DNA from: an uncultured Methanosarcinales archaeon | Lineage (GTDB): Archaea > Nanobdellota > Nanobdellia > Woesearchaeales > BS150m-G63 | DNA length: 44,323 bases | Direction of reading: 5' to 3' | Assembly: GCA_964630685.1 (NCBI GenBank) | Contig: CAZVVW010000007.1 | Span: 1 to 44,323, forward strand | In this document: piece after piece, positions 17,708 to 26,253 of the stretch | Position numbering within the stretch: position 1 is the stretch's first letter | Layout: each line of letters starts with the position of its first letter | Notes under the pieces: generated by a model | Told to the model about the DNA's origin: nothing | Database searches by the model: none | Seen by the model: only the letters and a program-made list of their open reading frames with translations | Position numbers and translations under genes: made by a program

Positions 17708-18169
17708 ATGTCATTAAACAAAAAAGAGTTAATCGTTTTGTCCCACTTAAGGCAAAACTCAAGGAAAAATTTGACCAAGATATCAAAGCAGACAGGAATA
17801 CCTGTGAGTACATTATTTGATAAATTAAGAAAATACCAACAAGGAGTTATAACTAAACAGACTGTTCTTTTGGATTTCCAAAAATTAGGGTTTGATGTGA
17901 AAGTGAAAACACTATTAAAAATAGCTAAAGATCAAAAACAAGAATTAACTAATCACTTAATTAATAGTCCGAGTGTTAATTCAATTTCATCTGTGACAGG
18001 GGGATTTGATTTATTAATTGAAGCAATATTCAGGAATCTAAAAGAATTGGAGATATTTTCAGACCAATTAGAACAATTTAATATCAAAAAGAAAGAGGAA
18101 TTTTTTGTGGTAGAAGATATTAAGAGAGAATCTTTCTTAGCCCACCCAGAATTAATCGAATTGGTTTAA
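17708..18169 (+). CDS. Lrp/AsnC-family transcriptional regulator
   Basis: LRQNSR..LTKISKQTGIPVSTLFDKL HTH; LDFQKLGF and VTGGFDLL motifs. Confidence 0.93.
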   Translation: MSLNKKELIVLSHLRQNSRKNLTKISKQTGIPVSTLFDKLRKYQQGVITKQTVLLDFQKLGFDVKVKTLLKIAKDQKQELTNHLINSPSVNSISSVTGGFDLLIEAIFRNLKELEIFSDQLEQFNIKKKEEFFVVEDIKRESFLAHPELIELV

Positions 18170-18176
18170 ATCAAAA

Positions 18177-18311
18177 ATGAACCCCTTAGAACAATTAGCA
18201 AAATTGAAACAAGGTTTTGTTAAAGGATTTATCACAGAAAAAGAATATAGAGAAATGAAGCAAAAAATATTTCAAAAAAACCAAAAAGATTTCAGAAAAT
18301 ATGCCATTTAA
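18177..18311 (+). CDS. 44-aa SHOCT-like microprotein, copy 2
   Basis: MNPLEQLAKLKQGFVKGFITEKEYREMKQKIFQKNQKDFRKYAI; starts 7 nt after the Lrp stop. Confidence 0.7.
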   Translation: MNPLEQLAKLKQGFVKGFITEKEYREMKQKIFQKNQKDFRKYAI

Positions 18312-18515
18312 CAAAAATTTTTCAATAGAACCAATGAAATTTCCGAAAGAATCAATAAGATTTTGGTTATTATACCTAAACTGTTTTTAAAAAAAATGTT
18401 GTATTAAACACTACAGCGCAGGCTTATATAGCAAATATACGCTTAAGATGTAAGAGTTCCTGAAAAGGAAATTGATTGATATTATTCAAAATAGCGATAG
18501 ATAAAGAGGCCAAAA

Positions 18516-19979
18516 ATGAAAAACAAAACAAATAACACCAATGTTTTATTGATAGGGTGTGGTCCCCACGCCAAAAGGATTTATGTACCTTTACTTAAAA
18601 AATATAAAAAAAGGATAGACCTTAAGTGTGTTGTAGATGTTGGAGAGAAAAAGAAAGATGTTAATGGTTTTTTAAACTCTTTAAAATGTGATAGATATTT
18701 TATAGATACAAAACAATTAACTTACAATAAATTAAATTCAAAGGTAGAAAAAAAATTAAATAAATTTGTAAAAGATTATAAGATTAAAGGAGTCATTATC
18801 GCCACAGAGCCACTTACACACGTAATGTATTCTAAGTGGGCATTAAAAAAGAATTTATCAATACTTTTAGACAAACCAGTTTCAACTTATAAAGGCATAT
18901 CCACTAAGAAAGAATTAGCAAAGAAGATATTGAAAGATTATGATAATTTAGCTAAAATCTATAAACCCAAAACAAAGATATCCTTTTCTTTAATGTCTCA
19001 AAGAAGATTTCACCCAGCATTTGAAAAAATAAAAAAATTAATAGGGGATTGTTATGAAAAAACAAATTGTCCTGTGACCTCTATCCAATCATTTCATTGT
19101 GATGGTCAATGGAGAATGCCTACAGAAATTGTAGAACAGATATACCACCCTTATTGTCAAGGGTATGGTAAATGTTCACATTCAGGATATCATTTTTTTG
19201 ATATAGTTCCATTTTTAATAGATTCAAGTTATTCAAAAAAGAAAAAATATGATAATCTTACAGCATATTCAACAGCAGTTAGGCCTCTAGATTTTTTACA
19301 ACAAGTAGAACTGAAAGATTATGAAAATTTATTTGGAAAAAAATCATTCAGTAATCACAATAAATATTCTGAAAAAGATTACAAAAAGATTATGGGAAAT
19401 TTTGGAGAGATTGATGCATTTACTAATTTAGAATTCAAGAAAGGGAACAATATAATAACTCTCGCGAGTATTAATTTAATTCATAATGGATTCGCACAAA
19501 GAAATTGGATTTCAGCTGAAGGAAGAGACTTATACAAGGGGAATGGAAGAGTAAGACAGGAAAGTCACATTATTCAACAAGGACCTTTCCAAGCAGTCCA
19601 TTACCATAGTTATCAATCTAAAGAAGTGGATCCAACTAAAACCAATGATAATTTGTATGATGTAGGTGGAGAATATCATTCAGATATTTATATATTTAAA
19701 AATTCAAAAGTTATTGGGGGGGAAACATTTGAAAAGATTAGTATTAAAAATTTGAATAAAACCATAATGGAAGAGAAATCTAGGGGGCATCAAGAAGATG
19801 CTAGGGCAAAAGGTTTTTTGGAATTTGTGGAATTTTTAGAAGGTAAAAGAAAAAGAAAAGATATGACTTCGGATTTTTTAACACATAGAATGGGCTCTCT
19901 GATAACTTCTTTAATTTATCAATCAATTACAGCACAATATGAAAATTCAAATGCTAAAATGAGTATAAAAATAAAATGA
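18516..19979 (+). CDS. Gfo/Idh/MocA-family oxidoreductase
   Basis: Rossmann LIGCGPHA, IIATEP..H, LLDKPV, QRRFHP and a GKCSHSGYHFFD motif. Confidence 0.88.
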   Translation: MKNKTNNTNVLLIGCGPHAKRIYVPLLKKYKKRIDLKCVVDVGEKKKDVNGFLNSLKCDRYFIDTKQLTYNKLNSKVEKKLNKFVKDYKIKGVIIATEPLTHVMYSKWALKKNLSILLDKPVSTYKGISTKKELAKKILKDYDNLAKIYKPKTKISFSLMSQRRFHPAFEKIKKLIGDCYEKTNCPVTSIQSFHCDGQWRMPTEIVEQIYHPYCQGYGKCSHSGYHFFDIVPFLIDSSYSKKKKYDNLTAYSTAVRPLDFLQQVELKDYENLFGKKSFSNHNKYSEKDYKKIMGNFGEIDAFTNLEFKKGNNIITLASINLIHNGFAQRNWISAEGRDLYKGNGRVRQESHIIQQGPFQAVHYHSYQSKEVDPTKTNDNLYDVGGEYHSDIYIFKNSKVIGGETFEKISIKNLNKTIMEEKSRGHQEDARAKGFLEFVEFLEGKRKRKDMTSDFLTHRMGSLITSLIYQSITAQYENSNAKMSIKIK

Positions 19980-20647
19980 ACTTAGAAGATTTATTAATAA
20001 TATCCTTTGATGGATTGAATCGTGCAGGTAAAGGTACCCAAATCAATTACTTAAAACAACATTTGGAATCGCAAGATTATCTTGTAGAAGTTTTGAGGGG
20101 AGATGGTAGCAGACCTGGTGAAGGATCTTTAGGATTTTATGATCCCCAATCATGTTTTTGGAAACAATGGCAAGGAATTCAAGATAAATCATTTGATGAT
20201 TGGGAATATGCTGCGAAAGTACTCACTTCTGAAAATTATTTGAGAGCTATAGAAGTTAAAACACAAGCAGAAAAAGAAGAAAAAAAAGGAATAATATTAT
20301 TAGATAGGTCATATCTTTCAAGGTGGTATATGTTGAGAAAAGAAGAATCTAGTGCACCCCTGAGTGGTTGTTTAGAAGAACTTACCCTAAAACCAGATAT
20401 TTACTTTATTTTAGAAGTTCCCAAAGAACATTTGTTAAAACGGAATGCCAATAGCAGCCCCATCAAAGCAGAATTTAGGGGGAAGAATATTTTAACAGGT
20501 TATGAGGATTGGACAAATACTTTTGGAAAAATACCCCTCCACTTGAATATTTACAAGTTAGATGGAACTAAACAAAAATCAGAAATACATGAAGAAGTGA
20601 AAGGAGTTATTGAGAATGAATATTTAACTAGTTTTATAGAAAACTAA
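19976..20647 (+). CDS. Thymidylate-kinase-like nucleoside monophosphate kinase
   Basis: P-loop SFDGLNRAGKGTQ, ILLDRSYLS and KPD motifs. Confidence 0.85.
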   Translation: MNLEDLLIISFDGLNRAGKGTQINYLKQHLESQDYLVEVLRGDGSRPGEGSLGFYDPQSCFWKQWQGIQDKSFDDWEYAAKVLTSENYLRAIEVKTQAEKEEKKGIILLDRSYLSRWYMLRKEESSAPLSGCLEELTLKPDIYFILEVPKEHLLKRNANSSPIKAEFRGKNILTGYEDWTNTFGKIPLHLNIYKLDGTKQKSEIHEEVKGVIENEYLTSFIEN

Positions 20648-20681
20648 AAAGATTTAAACAACTAAAAATACCTTTATAAAA

Positions 20682-21143
20682 ATGGCAATAAAAAGTAGAA
20701 ATTCAATAATGGGAATATTGAAAAATAAAGAGGGGAAAATTTTGATTGGTTTTTCTGAAAGGGTCAATTCTGGGAATTCTAAAAATATAGATAGTCATTC
20801 TTGGAAATTTCCTCAAGGGGGAATAGATGGAGGAGAAACAGCTACAACAGCATTAGTAAGAGAACTTAAAGAAGAATTGAATTATGAATTAAATAAACAA
20901 AATATAATTACTAAACTTGAAGAAACAGTGCCTTATTATTTCAAAGATAATGGAGGGATCCCAGAATTTGAAGTGAACTTACATGCATTTTTAATAGATT
21001 ACACTGAAAACAATGAGTTTGATTATGATAAAGAAGAATTTTCTGAATTAAAATGGATATCTCCTGAAGAAATATATGATTTAAATTTAACAATTAGAAG
21101 AGACGCGTACATTGTTATTTTAAAGAAATTTGATTTATTGTGA
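20682..21143 (+). CDS. Nudix hydrolase (RppH/Ap4A-like)
   Basis: Nudix box WKFPQGGIDGGETATTALVRELKEEL. Confidence 0.92.
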   Translation: MAIKSRNSIMGILKNKEGKILIGFSERVNSGNSKNIDSHSWKFPQGGIDGGETATTALVRELKEELNYELNKQNIITKLEETVPYYFKDNGGIPEFEVNLHAFLIDYTENNEFDYDKEEFSELKWISPEEIYDLNLTIRRDAYIVILKKFDLL

Positions 21144-21352
21144 TATTATAAAAAATATCAAATTCATTTTAAATTTCCCCTTACACAAAAAACAATAAGC
21201 TTTATATATCACTACTTCTAAGTAACACTATATAACAAGGGGTTAATTAAAATGTCAAAAAACTTAAATAGCTCAAACACTCTTGAATTAACTAAGGTTC
21301 ACTACGGAGTTATTCTTACAGCAACACAAATAATAACGATTTAAATTTCAAA

Positions 21353-23326
21353 ATGGCTAGCGCAGAATATATTCAAAAGGTTGACGACCTGAAAAAACAT
21401 GGAAAAAAACAAGTGCTGATTATAAGCAATAGTAAAGAAAGAGGGGATAGTCTGAAAAAATCATTAGAAGAAATATTTAATTATGGTGTGCTTGTATCAA
21501 CTAATCAAGAAGACTCAATTGATAAATTCAAAAAGTATAGTATAGATTTAGTGTTTTCAGATATGTTCTTGGATAAAGAAAATTTTGATAATGGAGTATT
21601 TAGATTGATAAATATCTTAAAACAAACAGACCCTTATCTTAAATCAATCGTGATGTCTGAAGGGATAGAAGATTTAGAAGAAAAATTGACTCAAGAAAAT
21701 ATGAATATTAAAAAATTTTTAGAGGGTTCTTTTTCTGTTGATGGTTATCTTAATAGAAAACCATTCAGCCATAATAAATTAGGAAACATCATAGAAAGGG
21801 CGTTAACAGAAAAACAAAAAGATAAAGAGTATATCATCAACCATTTTAACAAAACTCTAAAAGATTATCTGGAAACCAAAAACCAAGAAAATAAAGAAGC
21901 ATTAGAAAATTGTGTTCAATACTTATATGATAGACATTTTATGGGCAAATTAGCAATTTTTACAGAAGATTGCGCAACAGGAGTATTGAGTGATATTGAT
22001 CCAACTAAAAAATATGGTGAATATTTTGAATCTTATTATATCAAAGAGTTTGCAGATTCTAAAGAGATAACTCAATTCAGGGAAGATCAGAAGTTATTCG
22101 AAAAACACAACAAAAAAGACACTAAAAACAAAATAATCTTGCCTGAAATTATATTTTCATGTAAATCTCCAAAAGATGATACAGTGAGGTATGGTGTTTC
22201 TAAAATTAACATAGGGCCAACAATTGGCGATGTGTTGACAATATTAAATACAAAAGGAAAAAGTAAGCATCACAAAAAATCAATTAATCAATGGTATGAT
22301 GATACAATCAATTCAATAGTAGAAGTAAATCTAGACCACCTTCTTTTATGGCAAGATAAAACTTCTTTAACTAATAATGAATCAACAGCAAAAAGAGTGA
22401 TCAAAACATATAAAGAAAATTTATTACAAGCATTCTTAGATTTCAATGAATATTTGTTTAGAGATTCTAGTATAGCTCCATTGAAGGATCAACATTTTGT
22501 TCAACTAGAAAAATATCTTCAAATATTTGACACCTTAGAAGATCACAATTTATTTGTAAGAGTGATTGATAACAGTCCAGGCAATTCTGGATGGGATTTA
22601 AGAAAAGTGAGCAACAATCTTCCAGAAATATTGGGCGCATTAGGTTTGAGCACACACAACGAATACATAAAAAAAGAGAAAAATCTTCCAGAAATATCTA
22701 ATAGGATAAAAGAAAAAATAAATGAATTATACATACACTGGGACCAATCCAATAAGGATGGACATCTTTTAGAAGATTTTTTCCATATCACAGATAGTTA
22801 TGAAGCCAATTTGAGCTTAGAAGACCAATTAGCTCATTATGTTTCTTTTATGAAGTGTTCTGCAAAAAATAAAGAATTTGATTCAAACAACACTAAATTA
22901 TGGTTGGATTACTTCCTTGTTGGTTTTTATAGAAATATAAGAAAAAGACATTTAAATATTGTCAAATATGCTTATAGAAATGAAAAGATGTTCAAGTATC
23001 ATCAACTCTCTCCAGAAAAACATCAAGAAAAACTAGAAAATTATGAAGCAAAAATGGCTCATTATATTAAAAAAGCATTGACTCACCTTTACAATGGATT
23101 TTCTTTCTTTAATTTTAGAGAAAGAGAAAACACACTAAACAAAAATAGGAATTTTCTATTAAATGTGAATCGGGCTCATGGAAAAGTAAGATATCTTAGA
23201 GACCTTCCAAAAGGGGGTTCTAAAGAAGAATATAGAGATATTGTGGATAGTTTAGTTAAACTAGAAACATTAACTAGTAAAGTTGTTAAAACAAACAGAA
23301 TATATTCAGATAAATTTGATATTTAA
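21353..23326 (+). CDS. Receiver (REC)-like domain fused to a large, possibly kinase-fold domain
   Basis: VLIISN...IDLVFSDMFL...SIVMS...RKPF REC pattern; the C-terminal IDNSPGN...HWD...LEDF weakly resembles an APH/kinase fold. Confidence 0.65.
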   Translation: MASAEYIQKVDDLKKHGKKQVLIISNSKERGDSLKKSLEEIFNYGVLVSTNQEDSIDKFKKYSIDLVFSDMFLDKENFDNGVFRLINILKQTDPYLKSIVMSEGIEDLEEKLTQENMNIKKFLEGSFSVDGYLNRKPFSHNKLGNIIERALTEKQKDKEYIINHFNKTLKDYLETKNQENKEALENCVQYLYDRHFMGKLAIFTEDCATGVLSDIDPTKKYGEYFESYYIKEFADSKEITQFREDQKLFEKHNKKDTKNKIILPEIIFSCKSPKDDTVRYGVSKINIGPTIGDVLTILNTKGKSKHHKKSINQWYDDTINSIVEVNLDHLLLWQDKTSLTNNESTAKRVIKTYKENLLQAFLDFNEYLFRDSSIAPLKDQHFVQLEKYLQIFDTLEDHNLFVRVIDNSPGNSGWDLRKVSNNLPEILGALGLSTHNEYIKKEKNLPEISNRIKEKINELYIHWDQSNKDGHLLEDFFHITDSYEANLSLEDQLAHYVSFMKCSAKNKEFDSNNTKLWLDYFLVGFYRNIRKRHLNIVKYAYRNEKMFKYHQLSPEKHQEKLENYEAKMAHYIKKALTHLYNGFSFFNFRERENTLNKNRNFLLNVNRAHGKVRYLRDLPKGGSKEEYRDIVDSLVKLETLTSKVVKTNRIYSDKFDI

Positions 23327-24264
23327 TTTTCTTCAACAACCCTGCCTACTTTAAGTACCATATAAGGCCCAATCATACAAAAAGTGTGTTGAAGTATTGT
23401 CCACGAATTATATAAAAGCACAGTACAATATTCTTCAGTATTTTTATTAATCTGTTCTAAACATTTATCAATTAGCACTTTTCTTTTTTCATACAATTCA
23501 TTGATTTTTTTACCATCAAATTTGTAAAACAACTCATAAAATTCTTTAAAATAAGCATTAACTTCTTTGAATATCTCAAAAGCTTCTTTGCTAAGTTTAC
23601 GATTATTTTTATTCTTAAAATCCATATACCATTTACATATAAATTTATAATAATCTGCGATATTCTCAAGTTCTTCAACAATATAATAGATTGGCCCTAT
23701 TTTATTATATCCACTAGCACCTTTTTTATTTAATAATCTTCTGCAGAAAGTTGTATACCTATTGTTAGTCTCTTCAAGAAAAACAACCTCTTTCAATCGC
23801 GAAAAATCTTTTTTATATAAAGCAAGCTCAATATCATTTGCCATATTAACAACCAAAAGAAAAGTCCTCCTTAAGATTGGACTAAATTCCTCAAGATTCT
23901 CTGCAATACTCTTGATAATACAATAATCCCTTCCTTGTTCAACAATCTCAAAAGACATGGCCTCCTTACCAATAGCAGATTGTATATCCCTTATCTTTTC
24001 AGGGTCTTTAAAGTTTACTCTTAATTCATCCACTCCTCGCTTGTACATTGCATGTATTGCCCTAATAGACATTCGTTCTAATTCACTCACATCTAACTCT
24101 GCCTTTTCTATATTAGAGCCACTTAATGGGCTAATAAATATTTGATTTTCATTTATATGAAGATTAATTTCTTCTCCTTTAAGAATATTATATTTCTTGC
24201 ACCACTTATGTGGTAAAGAAACCATTTTAGTACTTCCAGCAATTTGTATAACTTTTCTTCTCAT
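23323..24264 (-). CDS. AbrB-PhoU phosphate uptake regulator
   Basis: MRRKVIQIAGSTKMVSLPHKW (AbrB-like) followed by PhoU helices (CRRLL, ELENIADY). Confidence 0.9.
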   Translation of the reverse strand: MRRKVIQIAGSTKMVSLPHKWCKKYNILKGEEINLHINENQIFISPLSGSNIEKAELDVSELERMSIRAIHAMYKRGVDELRVNFKDPEKIRDIQSAIGKEAMSFEIVEQGRDYCIIKSIAENLEEFSPILRRTFLLVVNMANDIELALYKKDFSRLKEVVFLEETNNRYTTFCRRLLNKKGASGYNKIGPIYYIVEELENIADYYKFICKWYMDFKNKNNRKLSKEAFEIFKEVNAYFKEFYELFYKFDGKKINELYEKRKVLIDKCLEQINKNTEEYCTVLLYNSWTILQHTFCMIGPYMVLKVGRVVEEN

Positions 24265-24434
24265 TGAAATACCCTCCAAAAAATAGAAATATTTTAAAAT
24301 TATTTAAATTTTTCGTTTTTTATATAGAATTTATAAAATATAAGGAAAAGTTATATATATTATATTTAACCTTTAATATGTAAGATTTCCGGATTAGTTA
24401 GTTTTTTGTCCGGAGTGAATTTGGGGGTGCGAAC

Positions 24435-24617
24435 ATGATGGATCCAAAAGAAGAGATGATAATGCTAGAAGAAGAAATAGAAGCAGAAGACTTTTTTGAC
24501 ACCACAAGTGTTTACTCTAAAAACGGAACTGATCACTTGTTGGAAAACGATGAAATTTCTGCTGCAGAAGAAGCATTTATGAATGGATGGGATGAAGCAG
24601 ACGATGAAGGCTGGTAG
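24435..24617 (+). CDS. Small, highly acidic protein
   Basis: GGGGGTG SD; 60 aa, D/E-rich, with ENDEISAAEEAFMNGW. Confidence 0.8.
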   Translation: MMDPKEEMIMLEEEIEAEDFFDTTSVYSKNGTDHLLENDEISAAEEAFMNGWDEADDEGW

Positions 24618-24687
24618 ACTTTCAATCCTTAGCTTTTAACTAGATATTATCCATTAAAATTAAATTGAACTAGATGTATTTTTAAAA

Positions 24688-24933
24688 ATGAAAGATTTTG
24701 TTTCAGTAGGAAAACCCGCCCATCAACAAAGACCGAGGCGATGGAAGGACGACTTTATTAAAGATAACTTTGGACTTATGGTCAAAGATTATGAATTAAT
24801 ATCAGAATTAAGAAAAGCAAATGAGAATAATGAAGATCATGTAGAATTTATTAGAGAAGATGGCACACATGTTAGAATAAATATAGAGAAACAATATGAG
24901 TTACCTGATAGTTTATGGCTAGCAAATTATTAA
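24688..24933 (+). CDS. Hypothetical protein
   Basis: 81-aa ORF with plausible composition. Confidence 0.65.
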   Translation: MKDFVSVGKPAHQQRPRRWKDDFIKDNFGLMVKDYELISELRKANENNEDHVEFIREDGTHVRINIEKQYELPDSLWLANY

Positions 24934-24974
24934 TTGATTATTAATCTAATCTTAGTCCAAATAATCCAATAATT

Positions 24975-25487
24975 TTATTGATATAGATTGTATCCTGGAG
25001 GAATTTGTGTGTTAGGGTTTTGTGTTTGTTGTTCTGATTCTTGGGGCTTATATCTTATTACATAAATAAAGAAAAAGATATTACTCACTAAAAAAAAGAC
25101 CACAACAGCCCTCATAACATCCGGACCTACATAAACCATCCCAGAAGCATCTTTAAATAAATTCAAAAACCATTTAGAACTCAAATAATAAAATTTCAAA
25201 GGAAATGCAATAAACACAGCACTTATCACTATATTTATCATATTAAATAAAGCCATAATTTCAGTGAGCATAGCTCTTCTTTGTGCCAGATAATCTTTCA
25301 AAATACTATGCAATAACCAACCAGATACAAGCCCAATTCCACCCATAAAAGAGTAATAAATGAAATGATAGTTTGCTTGCGACCAAAAATAAATTGCTAA
25401 AGGATAAAAAGCAAAAACATAGAAAATAGTTAAAGACATTAATGCTGGCTCAAGCTCCCTTAATACTTCTTTTAATGTTAAATCCAT
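24975..25487 (-). CDS. Membrane protein (about 4 TM helices)
   Basis: Four hydrophobic segments. Confidence 0.8.
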   Translation of the reverse strand: MDLTLKEVLRELEPALMSLTIFYVFAFYPLAIYFWSQANYHFIYYSFMGGIGLVSGWLLHSILKDYLAQRRAMLTEIMALFNMINIVISAVFIAFPLKFYYLSSKWFLNLFKDASGMVYVGPDVMRAVVVFFLVSNIFFFIYVIRYKPQESEQQTQNPNTQIPPGYNLYQ

Positions 25488-25489
25488 AA

Positions 25490-25588
25490 TTACTTTTTTC
25501 CCCTTTTTACTTTTCTTTGAGAAGATTTTGATCTTTTCTTCTTCTTTCCAGATCTTAGTAAAGCTCTATGTTTTGTTTTTCTTCCCAT
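25490..25588 (-). CDS. 32-aa very basic peptide
   Basis: MGRKTKHRALLRSGKKKKRSKSSQRKVKRGKK; TATA about 30 nt upstream; stop lies 2 nt before the next ATG. Confidence 0.65.
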   Translation of the reverse strand: MGRKTKHRALLRSGKKKKRSKSSQRKVKRGKK

Positions 25589-25634
25589 TTTAATAATTTA
25601 TCTAATATAATTAAGAGTATAAATACGTTTGGTT

Positions 25635-25862
25635 TTAAATTTTTTTGTATAGTATGGGCCAAATTGTTTTGAACAAAAAGACTGCACCAAGTAAAAACAT
25701 GAGAAGTATAGTAAATTTAAGATATTTTACACTTTGACTATACACATCTCCACCATAATCTACAGAAAATAAAGAATTTTTTAGAAAAATAAATCCTATA
25801 ATCAAACTTAATGATAATAAAATAATTAGCAAAGCGTGTTTTGTTGGGTATTTTAATTTCAT
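25635..25862 (-). CDS. Small two-TM membrane protein
   Basis: Two hydrophobic segments. Confidence 0.7.
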   Translation of the reverse strand: MKLKYPTKHALLIILLSLSLIIGFIFLKNSLFSVDYGGDVYSQSVKYLKFTILLMFLLGAVFLFKTIWPILYKKI

Positions 25863-25875
25863 TGAAAATTAATCT

Positions 25876-26067
25876 TTATTTCTTTAATACTGGTAAGTTT
25901 TCTTCAAATCCACATTTTTCGCAGTGAATTTTTCCTGTTTCCATATTTATCTTTAAACCCAATTCTCCACATTTAGGACATCTTTTCATCATAGAAGGAT
26001 TTTCTTTTAACCCAGAAGCAGCCAATCTTAATTCCATCTCTTTTTTTAATTTATTGTATATTTTCAT
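25876..26067 (-). CDS. Small zinc-ribbon protein
   Basis: CPKCG...CEKCGF. Confidence 0.8.
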   Translation of the reverse strand: MKIYNKLKKEMELRLAASGLKENPSMMKRCPKCGELGLKINMETGKIHCEKCGFEENLPVLKK

Positions 26068-26070
26068 TTT

Positions 26071-26211
26071 TTATGCTATGCTACTTCTTGCAACAACATG
26101 ATTACATTTTTTACATTTGAGAATTACGTATAAAGTTCCACCAACATCTCTTCTACTAGCTTCTTCGAGTTTACCACCACATAACTCACAGATACCTTTT
26201 ATTATAGGCAT
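26071..26211 (-). CDS. 46-aa zinc-ribbon microprotein
   Basis: MPIIKGICELCGGKLEEASRRDVGGTLYVILKCKKCNHVVARSSIA has two CxxC motifs; TATA upstream; below the ORF-track cutoff. Confidence 0.75.
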   Translation of the reverse strand: MPIIKGICELCGGKLEEASRRDVGGTLYVILKCKKCNHVVARSSIA

Positions 26212-26253
26212 TTTAAATAATTTAAGTGATTGAAGTATAAATAATTTACTAAA

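Noticed and set aside
19976..19996. MNLEDLL at the kinase N-terminus as another leader copy
   Set aside because: It is too short and runs directly into the first beta strand of the kinase fold.
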